Assembly (NCBI GenBank): GCA_031835245.2
Contig: JAVKOQ020000091.1
Coordinates: forward strand, 124,001 to 183,445
Direction: 5' to 3'
DNA: 59,445 nucleotides
Source: Balamuthia mandrillaris
Lineage: Eukaryota
Shown: positions 12,765 through 23,981 of the stretch, in pieces
How positions within the stretch are numbered: position 1 is the first letter of the stretch
Layout of the letters: each line of letters starts with the position of its first letter
Program-made: the position numbers and the translations under genes
Notes under the pieces: model-generated
Seen by the model: only the letters and a program-made list of their open reading frames with translations
Databases searched by the model: none
What the model was told of the DNA's origin: nothing

Positions 12765-13112
12765 TTCTTCTTTTCTCTTTTCTCTTTTCTCTTTTTTCTT
12801 TTTCTTCTGTAAGGCATGATTCTTGTCGACACCTTAATCGGCAGAATTTTTGTTGATAATCACAAACTTCTATTCATATTTTGTTAATCGTCGTAATTAT
12901 TCAGATTTTTTTGCTAAAGGCGTAATGTATCGATTATTGCTAGATTTTTTGGAGCCACATAGAGCAGCAGGGGAGAAGCTAAGGGCACGAGCCATCGCCG
13001 CAATAGCTTGACGATATTGTCTCCGGCAAGAGAACGGCTGATGTCTCGGCGCTAGCAAAGCTTGCACGTCCTTGCTTTCTTTCCTTTCTCCGTTTAAACT
13101 TGTTGCTTTATA

Positions 13113-14730
13113 TTAAACATCGTAGCTCTCCAGGTCAACAGCAGCCACCACCTGAGTCTCAGGACACTCCGCTCGTGCCTCTTCGCAAAGATGTTCCACT
13201 GCCAATGGACCGCCTCCCTCCTTCTCCTTCTCCTCCTCCGCATCTCTCTCCTGATGTTGTGGTTGCGAGCCCTCGCTGGAAGTATATCTCATGCTAAAGT
13301 GTGTCAGTATCAGCTTTTTGGCTGCCAGTTCCTTTGCAAACCGTCCTGCCATTTGGCTGGTGGAATGCCCTCCCTCCACAGCTTTTTCTCTGAGGGATGC
13401 ATCATAGGTTGCCTTCGTTGTTTGCATTACGTGCGTTAACAAAACATGAAAGAACAGAAACGAAACAATACAAAAAAAAAAAAAAGAAGTAAAATAAAGA
13501 AGTTCAGAAATAGAAAGCACATACCTCATGAACGAGGAGATCACAACCCTGTCCAGCCTCAAGAACGGAGGATGCATCGCTGGTGTCTCCCAGCAAAACC
13601 ACTTTCTTGCCCTTGCGGGTTGGTCCAATTACATCTGAAGCCTGTCATTGTTCTCGTTAGAGAGAGAGAGAGAGAGAGAGAGCGAGAGTAAAACAAAATG
13701 AAGACTAAACGGAGCCATCGGAACCAAGAACAAAAGTACCTTGATAACTCGACCATCGCTCAACGTAACATCCTTTCCGGCTTTCAGCAAACCCATTTCT
13801 TTGCCTTTCGCTCCCAGTGACGCCGCCTTCTTGGCATCCAGAGCGCCGGCACGCTCCGGCTCTTCCACCACGTAGCCCAAGCATGGCACCTTGTGCACGA
13901 TTGGATGAGCGGTTACCTTCATGGACATGGATGCGGATGCAGAGAGACCGGGTTCGGAAAGGGTGTGGCTTTTGGATGTGTCCAGTTCGATGACCTTGGA
14001 GAGAGAACTGTGAGCGATGAAGAACAAACAGAAACAAGAGAAGGGAAGGAAGAAGCTAGAACAGCAACATAAGAAGAATAGGGCAACGAGAACGAGCAGA
14101 CAGCAGAGAACGGAAGAGAAGAAAAGCGAAGAAAAGAGACCTCCAAGCCATAGGTCAAGTAGGTGACGCTGGAGTCGATGGAAGCGCGGATATACTCCTT
14201 TATACCTGGAGGACCATACAGAAGAACTGGATTCTGACGCTCTCCGCCAACCAATGACAAACTGGCTAAAAGCCTATTGATAAATCATTTGAAAAGATGA
14301 GAAGAAGCAAAGAAGAAGAAGAAGAAGAAGAAGAAGAAGAAGAAGAAGAAGAAGAACAAGAAGAAGAACAAGAAGAAGAACAAGAACAAGAACAAGAACA
14401 AGAACAAGAACAAGAACAAGAAGCGAAGCGTAACCCAGGAAGACCAAAGAGGTGGTCACCGTGAAGGTGGGTGATGAAGATAGCGTCAATCCTAGGCGCT
14501 TTCAGGTCTTTGCTCTTGAGGATCTGGTGTTGAGTTCCCTCTCCGCAGTCAAACAGCCACGCCCTCCCGTTCAAAAACTGAAGAGCATGACTGGTAACCT
14601 TTTTTTTTTTTTTGGTGCGTTATGTTCAAGATGAGAATAATGCGTGAATGATATCGCGACGTCTTTGGCGTACGTTTCTACACTTGGTTGGCGTGGCAGC
14701 GGATGTTCCCAAGAACGTTACGCACTTCAT
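13113..14730 (-). CDS. ELAC1: Ribonuclease Z, short form (metallo-beta-lactamase), multi-exon
   Basis: [80 protein letters not shown]. Confidence 0.92.
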
Positions 14731-15029
14731 CCTTTTCTTCTTCTTCTTCTTCTTCTTTGTGGAAGCGGTTTCTTTTATATCCGTTTTTTTTTTTCAGTGC
14801 TTTCTTTCTTTTCTTTTTCCGTTTCGGTTGGACATGAGAGTGGACAAAATTTTACTGCTTTTTTATGTGCGATGGACATGAGAGAGAAGTCAAATGACTA
14901 CTGTTGTAAACAATAAAAAAATAACGAGTTTAAACGACTGGTTTATATATATATTTAAAAATATCAGTTTCACAACCAACTTCTTGCTTTCTTGCTTGCC
15001 TGCTTTTTGTTGTACGTTTGGTTTCTCCC

Positions 15030-15132
15030 TCGTTTCTTGTCAAACAACAAAGTAAAAGTATGTTGTCAGCTTCTTCTCTTCACTTTGGTTGCAAAGGATT
15101 GCAAGAAGAAGCTTCATCCTAACAAGAAACGA
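15030..15132 (-). promoter_or_regulatory. Eukaryotic type II SECIS element in the 3' UTR of the AhpC/TSA selenoprotein gene
   Basis: Minus strand reads AUGAA-GCUUCUUCUU-GC-AA-UC-CUUUG-CAAC-CAAAG-UGAA-GAGAAGAAGC-UGAC. This gives an AUGA/GA quartet, ~10-bp helix II, unpaired AA 12 nt above the core, an apical mini-stem, and a flanking helix UCGUUUCUUGUU/GACAAGAAACGA. Confidence 0.85.
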
Positions 15133-15237
15133 TTCCAAACAACAATAAAAAGAAGAAGCGAAAGAAGAGCAAAGGAAGAGGAAGTGGATGAACAGAAAAA
15201 ACGCAACCACAAACGAACAAGAAAAAGTTGCTATCGT

Positions 15238-15386
15238 TTAGTGTTCGCTCTGGTCTCGTTCTTCTTGCTGCTGTGGTGGCGGTTTGCAGCCGGCTGCCTC
15301 TAACAACGTATCAATGTTAGACACATCAGAGGGGTGTTCGTGACGATGCTAAGGTGTTGGTTTATAACGTTTATGTTAAACAAAAG

Positions 15387-15437
<51 letters not shown>

Positions 15438-16244
15438 AAGACAGAAACAAACGACAACAGAGAGAGAGAGAGAGAGAGAGAGACGACCCCATTGAGAGAG
15501 AGAGAGAGAGAGGAGACAAAAGAAAAAGGAAGAAATGAAAACACATACCACGTAGTGACAAACAGGGCCAGGACCCACCACAAACTCTCCTCCGAGCTGC
15601 TTGAAGTCGCCGGTGTTCAACCCCGAGGCAAAGACCTTCTTCAGCGACCAGGCCATGCCTCCCATGAACCCGCTCTTCACGTAAGGTGAGGGCTGTCCCT
15701 TCAGCTGAGAGAAGGACTCTGCATGGATCAAGCGCAGGGCGTCGTACACTTTTCTCTCGGGGTCCACAAACATGTCGGCCACTCTCTCCTCCTCTTCTTT
15801 TGAGGAGGAATCAAATTCGAGTTTGTCAAAGTGAGTGTCCTGCTTGAAGGGGAGGATGCCAGAGGGAGGCCCGCAGCCGATGACAAAGAGGGAGGTGTTG
15901 TGCTGTCTGAGCAAAGAGGGAGAAATCTCCTCGCTCAAAGCCTTCACCCAATCGCGGCACACGAATCAGCCAAAGTGGCGAACAAAGGTGATGATGGCCC
16001 TTTGTGTAAAACAACAAAGAAAGGAAAGAAAAAATCAAATCAAAGAGAGAATCAAAGAGCAGTGAGTTTTTCTTCTGATGGGAAGGAGGTTTGCAAAAAA
16101 AAAAAAAAACAACAAGAGGGGAAGAGAGAGAAGAAACACAAACTTGCGTTCTGCGAAAAGGGAAGCAAAGGGGATAGAGCGAGACTCTGCGTCAAACACG
16201 CAGAGCTCCTCATCGAGAGCCGCAAAGTTGACCTCTTCTTCCAT
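15238..16244 (-). CDS. Selenocysteine-containing AhpC/TSA antioxidant-family protein (PRXL2C/AAED1, SelU-like), 3 exons
   Basis: Spliced: MEEEVNFAALDEELCVFDAESRSIPFASLFAERK-AIITFVRHFG[TGA]FVCRDWV...LFVIGCG...FVDPERKVYDALRL...GDFKQLGGEFVVGPGPVCHYV-HRHEHPSD. The in-frame TGA (15966-15968) falls at the first position of the CxxC motif. Confidence 0.88.
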
Positions 16245-16986
16245 TTCTTCTTCTGCTACTCTTTTTTTTTTTGCTTGGGACAACGAATTTTGGTCGACGT
16301 ACATGATCATGATCTCTGCCCAAAAAAAAAGAAAACTGCCTTTTAGTGGCCAATAGAGCGATTGATTTTTGATTGGTGGTTTGAAACTTTCGTCTGAAAG
16401 GTTCATGACGTCTTGGAGCTGAATGACGAGTGAGACACCTTCCAATCGTATTTCATATCATAACCCAACTTGATTATCATTGGTTCATATAAACGAAACT
16501 GTGCACATGGGCTCTAGACTGTAGCGCCGCAAGGTAGACATAATTGGTGAGGGGTCATGTTTTTTCCCGCTGAGACAAAGGGGAATAGTGTGACGTGTAA
16601 TCTTGGTTCTGTCACGGTACTCCTGCGAGCTTACAGCTGTAGACGTCTTCTGGAGCAGATAGACAACCATCCAACCGTATTTCTTCTTCTTTCCTACTAT
16701 CCATAAATTAATTAATTCATTAATAACCTACTAATTTGCCCGATCCAATGATCTATGGCCAGCAGCTGTCATTTTTTTCCCTGTTTGTTTGGCAGTGACG
16801 TGTCCCTCTTGTCTTGTTTGGGATCGATTTTTTTTTTATTCGGTCCGCAGGTCTCCTCCTTCGCTTTTGCTTCTTCTCTCTCCCTCTCTCTTCGCTTCGC
16901 TTTGCTTTCTTCTTCCAAGGCACACACACATACACACACGACGCTTTCCCTTTTCACTAAAAAAAAAAAAAACTCGCACACCCAAA

Positions 16987-18452
16987 ATGGCCAAGCTTGT
17001 GAACGGTTGTTTCTCCCTTTCTCTTCTCGTGGTGGCAGCGGTGGCCTTGGCCTGCTTCGCCGCCACCGCCACGACTGCCTCGGATGTGGTCGTCCTCACC
17101 GACGCCGACTTTTTCGAGCACGTCAAGGAGGGCGACTGGCTGGTTGAATTGTGAGTAGCAGCGAATTTTTTATCATTTGATCGTTGATCGTTTTTGTGTC
17201 CATTTCTCCTCCTCTAATCCCTTTTATAACAATAGCTACGCGCCGTGGTGTGGTCACTGCAAGAAGCTGGCGCCCACGTGGGAGGAGCTCGCCACCGCCG
17301 CCAAGGCGCAAGGCTTCAACGTGGCCAAGGTCGACTGCACCGTTGAGAAGCGTTCGTATTTTTTTCTTTTTTTCCCTCTCGGCTCTCGCTGCAACAAACC
17401 CAACTGATACTTTGTTTATTACGATTATTGTGTTTGTTCCACAGAAACTCCTCCTCAGTTTGGCATCAGAGGTTATCCTACCATCAAATTGTACGTCTTC
17501 TCCCCTCCTTCTCTTCCCTTCTCCTTCTCTTCTCTTCGCATCCTTTTCGTTTTCTCTTTGCGTGTTGCCTCTTCAGTCTTTTTTCCGTGAGATAGCCTGA
17601 CAGTTGGTGACTTTTTCAAACTCGCAGCATTCATGGAGGCAAGTACTATGACTACTCCGGCCCAAGGACCGTGGAGAAGTTCACCGAGTTCGCCAAGGGT
17701 GGCTTTGAGTCCGCCTCCTCTCACCCTCTTCCTGGCGCCAAGCAGGAAGAGGAGGTTGCTGCTCCTGCCGCTACCACCGAGGAGGTTGTCGCTCCCGCTG
17801 CTGCCACTGAGGAAGCTGCCGCTCCTGCCGTTGATGCTGATGCCACCGTAGTGGTCCTCACCGAGCAAACCTTTGCCGAGGCCACCAAAGACGGCATTTG
17901 GATGCTTGAATTGTTCGTTCTCTCTCTCTCTCTCTCTCTCTCTTGCGCTCACTCCCCATCTTCTCACACTCTTTTCGAATGCAGCTATGCTCCCTGGTGC
18001 GGTCACTGCAAGCGTTTGGCCCCTACTTGGGACGAGCTTGCCACCAAGACTGAGGGCAAGTTCAACGTCGGCAAAGTGGATTGTACCGTGGAGAAGGGTC
18101 AGTAAATTGGGAAACAACCAACAACAAACGTTACTAACTCTTCATTTTTCTGTTTATAGCTGTGTGCAGTAAGTTGGGCGTGAGGGGTTATCCTACCATC
18201 AAGCTGTACGTCCTCTTTTCTCTCTCATCTCTCTGTTCACTCTTCTCCCTCATCTCTTATTTTCTCTTTGTCTCACGTATTGCGTTTGTGCGTAACAGCC
18301 GAAATGGAGATAAGCTGTACGCCTATCAGGGCGCCAGGACGGTGGAGGCCTTCAAGGAGTTCGTCAACAGTGGCTACAACAGCGCCACCGTCGCCGACTT
18401 CCCCTCTTTCAGCGAGCCTTTGGCCGCCCAGGGCAAGAAAGATGAGCTCTAA
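16987..18452 (+). CDS. Protein disulfide-isomerase family member (two catalytic thioredoxin domains, ER-retained)
   Basis: Signal peptide, two YAPWCGHCK(K/R)LAPTW domains each followed by GYPTIK, an Ala/Glu-rich linker, and C-terminal KDEL. Confidence 0.93.
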
Positions 18453-18529
18453 ACAGCAACGAAATATAAGATGTCAACTTTGCACTTTGCTTTCACTATA
18501 AACCTTTACTTTTACGCAAACAATAGAAT

Positions 18530-18755
18530 CTCTCTTCTCTTCATCGTTCTCTTCATCGTTCTCTTCATCGTTCTCTTCTCTTCATCGTTCTCTTCTCTTC
18601 TCTTCTCTTCATCGTTCTCTTCTCTTCATCGTTCTCTTCTCTTCCCTTCTCTTCATCGTTCTCTTCTCTTCTCTTCTCTTCTCTTCTCTTCTCTTCTCTT
18701 CTCTTCTCTTCTCTTCTCTTCTCTTCTCTTCTCTTCTCTTCTCTTCTCTTCTCTT
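18530..18755. repeat. (CTCTT)n / (CTCTTCATCGTT)n simple repeat
   Basis: Visible pentamer and dodecamer tandem array downstream of the PDI gene. Confidence 0.85.
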
Positions 18756-18982
18756 TTTATTTTTTTGCGTGGAAGGACACGAGCACAGAGCGGAGAGTGG
18801 GCAAGAAAAAAAATTATCCATCAACAATTTTCGGATAACGTTACTTGAAATAGCACTAATTAACGTATTTTTTTTCACGAAAAACAATTATTTTTGGTAT
18901 TTGTCGACAGCAAAATAAATTATTGAACACAAAAAATTTTTGAAAAAGAGAGAAGAAAAAAAAAGAGAACGCAGTAGTGGGG

Positions 18983-20138
18983 ATGTCACTCGGTAGCAGA
19001 GCCGCCACCTTCTCTTCTTCTTCTTCACCTCGAGCTTTCCCCGGCGGCAGCAGCAGCGGCCCTAACAACGACCTCATGCTCCAGCACTACGACGACGACT
19101 GCTACTTCAACCCTCTGGAGGAGTGCGTCTCCAAGGTGCGAGAGCGAGGGGGCTCCATGACCGCCACCATGACGGGCTCCTCTGGGACGACATCTTTGAC
19201 GGGGTCGACGACGACCTCCAACCCGCTGGCAGGGGAGCTGAGGGGGGAGCGCTCCCTCAGCTCGGGGCACAGCTCCCCTTCCTCCTCCTTCGAGCAGGAC
19301 CGCGACGTGCTCGTCGCGCACTCGGCCGAGCGGGAGCTGCTGCCCTCGGAGGGCAGCTGCAACTCTGGGACTTCCGCAGCGGAGCTCTCTGCGGCCGCCA
19401 AGAAGACCCGCAGGAAGAAGCACAAGGAGAGGAAGAGCAAGAAGAAAGGGAAGGGCGGGCAGCTGAAGGAAACGGACCGGGCGGAGAGAGAGAGGGAGAG
19501 GGAGCGGGAGAGGACGGCGGCCATTGTGGCGGCCCGAAGGAAGGAGAGCGAGTCCCCGAAAGAGAGCCGAGGGAGTAAGTTGGCTGCTGCTTGGCGTAAA
19601 AGGTTTTTTATTCTTCTCGTTCTCGTTCTCGTTCTCGTTCTCGTTCTCGTTCTCGTTCTCGTTCTCGTTCTCGTTCTCGTTCTCGTTCTCGTTCTCGTTC
19701 TCGTTCTCGTTCTCGTTCTCGTTCTCGTTCTCGTTCTCGTTCTCGTTCTCGTTCTCGTTCTCGTTCTCGTTCTCGTTCTCGTTCTCGTTCTTCTTCTTGT
19801 TATTCTTCTTCTTTATTCGTAAGCTGACTCTTTATCCTTCCTTAAACAAACAGTCGGGACAAAGGAAGAAGAGAGCAAGTGACTATTGGCTCATTGCCAG
19901 AAGAAGTTATAGTTCATATTCTTAGCTATTTGCCGCATTTTCCCTATTTAGTGCGTTGCTCCACCGTTTGTCGGCTGTGGCGGCGTCTTGCCTGCTGCGA
20001 ACAACTTTGGCGGGCTGTATATCTAGGAAACTATGAGCACATCGCCTCTGACCAACTACTTGTTCGTTTCTTCTTCCTCTCTCTCCTCCCTCTCCCTCTC
20101 CCTCTCTCTCCCTCTCTCCCCCTCTCCTCTCTCTCCCT

Positions 20139-20172
<34 letters not shown>

Positions 20173-22206
20173 CCCTATTATCTCTCGTTTACATTTCTTA
20201 AATACGAACAACAGGTATGGATAGTAGCAATGAACCCGAGACTAGAAGTGCTCTCTCTGAAAGGGTGCACTCAAGTCAGTGACGTTGGTTTGACGGCAGC
20301 TCTCGGTCGATGCAGCAACCTGAGAGAGCTCCATTTGGAGGATTTGGAGAGGCAGTTCACCGTTAGGTGTTTGTTGATGATCGGCAAACTCTGTCCGAAC
20401 CTTCACACCCTCGTTCTGCCTGGTATTCTTGAACATCCTGATGAAGTCATTCAACCTATCATTCAGTTCTGTCCAAACTTGAGGTGAAGCTTTTTCTTCT
20501 TCTCTTCTTTTCTTTAACTAGTTATTCCTTCGCTTTTGTCACCTTTCATTTTCTCTCTTGCTAACGAATTATTTATTACAGAGTCTTTAAGAGCTTCTCT
20601 CAGTTTTCAGAAATGACGATGCGTTGTCTCTCCGAGACTTGTAAACATTTGAAAAAGCTGCGACTGGGCACCACCACCAAGTCCACCATTCTCACTCAAA
20701 CCGCCGTCAAATACCTCACCAATTGTCCTAAACTTAAATCCCTTGAATGCGGCTACTTTCAGTTACCTATCTTTCATTGTTTTCCTCCTTCATTTTCTTT
20801 TTCTGTTTGTATTTTTATTTTCTATCTTTCATTGTTTTCCTCCTTCATTTTCTTTTTCTTTTTCTTCTTCTTTTCCTTTATCTTGTTCTTCTTCTTGTTC
20901 TTCTTCTTGTTGTTCTTCTTGTTCTTCTTCTTCTTCTTCTTCTTCTTCTTCTTCTTGTTCTTGTTCTTGTTCTTGTTCTTCTTCTTGTTCTTGTTCTTGT
21001 TCTTGTTCTTCTTCTTGTTCTTGTTCTTGTTCTTGTTCTTGTTCTTCTTCTTCTTGTTCTTCTTGTTCTTCTTCTTGTTCTTCTTGTTCTTCTTCTTGTT
21101 CTTGTTCTTCTTGTTCTTCTTGTTCTTCTTCTTCTTCTTCTTCTTCTTCTTGTTCTTCTTCTTCTTCTTCTTCTTCTGCCTGCTGACGTCTTTTTCTTAT
21201 AACAGATTAGGAGTGGTGAACTGGGGCAAGAAACCACTTGTCAACTTCCGCTCCTTCCGTGCCTTTGGCTGGCTCAACATGTCTCCCGAGGCTGTCCGCC
21301 AGCTACTCAAAAGCACGCCCAACCTGGAAGTCCTTCACCTCGTGCACAGCGGCGCCGGCGACATGGACATCGTAATGGACTCCTTCAAGTTCCATTACAT
21401 CAGCAGCCACTGCCCCAACCTTAGAAACATCAACCTGTGTGACTCCCCCTTCAGCGAGTCGGATGTGCAGGTGTTGGTCAAGCAATGCCCTCAGCTGAGG
21501 GAGCTGCGTGTTGGCATGAAGAGCAATCCTGGGACACGATACGAGATCACCGATTCGTGGATTTACGAGGTGATCAACTTCTCGCCGATGATTGAGGTGT
21601 TGAAAGTCTATCATGTTGACCTGAGGACGGAGACGGTCTCCCTCTTGACGAGAGGGTGCAAGCATCTGCGGGTGTTGACGTTGGGACGGTGCTCGCCGAT
21701 CACGCGCTTCACCTCCCATTTGGAGGTGTTGACCTCGTTGCGGAAGCTTTCGTTGAGGAACACGTTGACTAATGACTCGGCATTGCAGATGTTGATGGCG
21801 GCATTCCCTTCCCTTCAGACCGTTACTTTGATTGAGACAGGTACATCTTCTTTCATATTTTTATTCTCCCCCTTCTCTTCCTTCTCCTGCCGCAGTTATT
21901 GACCTTGTTCCCATGCTCTCTTTAATAGGTGTAAGTGATGCATTGATAGGATACATTCTCGGCCGTTACCGTCTTCGCTCGTTGAAGCTGCAGTCACGAG
22001 CGCGCATCACCAACGAAGGCAAGATTCTCTATCGCGGTCGTTCTTCGCGTGGTTTTGCCAAGAAGCAAACCCTCTCTGGGCAAGAGCAGGTCTTCCTCAG
22101 CCTCTTCCAAACAGAACAGGCCGCTCAGTCCATGATCAAGAAACCACCTTCCTCCTCTCCCTACTCTTCCTCCTATTCCAACCTTCCTTCGGAGTATGGA
22201 TGGTAA
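18983..22206 (+). CDS. F-box/leucine-rich-repeat protein, multi-exon
   Basis: F-box LPEEVIVHILSYLPHFPYLVRCSTVCRLWRRL followed by cysteine-containing LRRs (LEVLSLKGCTQVSDVGL, CPNLRNINL, CPQLRELRV). Confidence 0.88.
19613..19790. repeat. Perfect (GTTCTC)n hexamer microsatellite in the first intron of the F-box gene
   Basis: Roughly 29 uninterrupted copies visible. Confidence 0.9.
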
Positions 22207-22497
22207 TGAGTAAACAAGAATCCTGTCTTTTTTTTGTTGATACTCATTTTTGTGAACCATCTATCCTCTTTCGCCCATCGTATCTCTATCTTTTTCTCTC
22301 TCTCTCCTCTTGGTTCTTTCTCTTTCGCTGTTCATTTCGTTGTTTTCTATTTCACCCATCGTTCCTCTTTCTCAGTTTTGCTTTCGTAGTTTCTCCTTCT
22401 CTTTCTTCGTTTCTCTCTTCGTTTATCTCTCTGCAAAAAAGCAAAGAAACAAAAGCGTTACAGTTTACAAGAAGAAGAAGAATGTTGTTTGTTTTGG

Positions 22498-23075
22498 CTA
22501 CACTTGAAAGTTGGAGTTGGATTCCATGCCCCCAATGTCCACGTTCTGAGGCTCCAACGGCATGTAGCTGTGGCTGTAGTCCGCGGTGCTGTCCTTGACG
22601 GCATCCATGGCGACAACGCCTCCCAGGTTTAACGGCCGATACCGCCCAACGGAGCCGTTGATGGAGGGAGAGGAGCTTCCGCGAGGGAAGTGGCTGGGGG
22701 AAGCGGCGGCGCCGCCGCGCATGAATCGTCTTGTCGCTCTCCGGTTGCGGCAGGTGAAGCAGAGGCAGCAGACCAGAAGAGGGACGAGCAGGAAGACGGC
22801 AGCGCCGACCAGAGTCCCGGAGACGATGAGCGCTATGCTCGTGTTCGTCAGAGCAGCGCCTGTTAGGAAGAGGAAGTGATAAGCAACAAGAAGGAAAGAA
22901 AGGAGAGTACGCCAACAAAACGAAGATGAAAAACATAACGGTATGAAGAAAGAAACATCAAAAGAGAACGAGAAAGAGAATAAAGAACGAGAAGAGTACA
23001 GCAAGACAAGTCATCGGTGCCACAGCTGGTATATTTCTTCAATGTCTGCAAGTAGCAAGAATGGTTTTTGTTGTT

Positions 23076-23124
<49 letters not shown>

Positions 23125-23459
23125 TTTGAATGCTTGAGAGGATGTTCTTTTTTTTTATTACGTACGGAGGAACTGTGACAAACGGATTCGGTGGCATCAC
23201 AACAGGAAGCACTGGTCTGGCACGTTACGGGGCATCGAGGGTCGTCTGGAGCCAATCCTCTGGTTTGCCTGGTAGAATAAACATATACAGGTATCAAAAA
23301 AAACAAAACTCCCAGTTGCTTTTCGCTGTTCTCCTTCCTTGTGTCCCTCCTGCTCGTAAGAAAATAGAACCCGAGACGAACGCACCCAAGAAACGACCAC
23401 CAAAGCACGGCAGAGACAAGCACAAGGCGTCGAAGAAAGAGACAGGGCCTTCCTTTCAT
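22498..23459 (-). CDS. Small single-pass membrane protein with Cys-rich ectodomain, multi-exon
   Basis: Hydrophobic N-terminus, exons LAPDDPRCPVTCQTSASCCDATESVC and TLKKYTSCGTDDLSC, TM segment IALIVSGTLVGAAVFLLVPLLVCCLCFTC, then basic residues and a cytosolic tail. Confidence 0.6.
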
Positions 23460-23550
23460 TCTTTTCTTTAAAATTTTATTTATTGTTTATTGTTTATTTG
23501 CTATAGCAGGAAGGGAGGTCACGTGGAGCCCAACTAAAGCGATAATTGAG

Positions 23551-23907
23551 TTACGTCGATGCATGGTCTTGAGGACCATGGCTGCTGTTCTGCGGCCTAC
23601 AATCGTTGATGCACGGTTGGCGATACTGCACCGGGACAAGGCGAGTTCTGTCAACAGCTTCGGCTTTGGCGATCAGCCCATCGTGTGCCACAAGAACGGT
23701 GTTTGCTCCTCCACAAAGTCTTTCACTTTGTCTTTGTTGTCCCTCAGGGACTCGGAAAACTGCGGGGGAAGCAGGTCGGCTGTGAGTCGCTCATTTCGCC
23801 CAGTGATGGTATGCACACCTGTCGTGCAATCAGTAGAGCGGCATCGTTGTCGTATTTGGTGTGGATAACATTGGGAGTCGACTCATCGAAGACCAAAACA
23901 TTGAGGG

Positions 23908-23981
<74 letters not shown>

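Noticed and set aside
16485..16670. 61-aa ORF between the selenoprotein and PDI genes
   Set aside because: Short, with no recognisable motif or splice partner.
19613..19790. Regular repeat array considered as CRISPR-like or telomeric
   Set aside because: Pure hexamer with no spacers, inside an intron; no cas genes and not at a chromosome end.
23673..23675. In-frame TGA in the last exon of TcmP copy A as possible Sec or readthrough
   Set aside because: Better explained by a 2-nt insertion just upstream; homology to copy C continues in the shifted frame.
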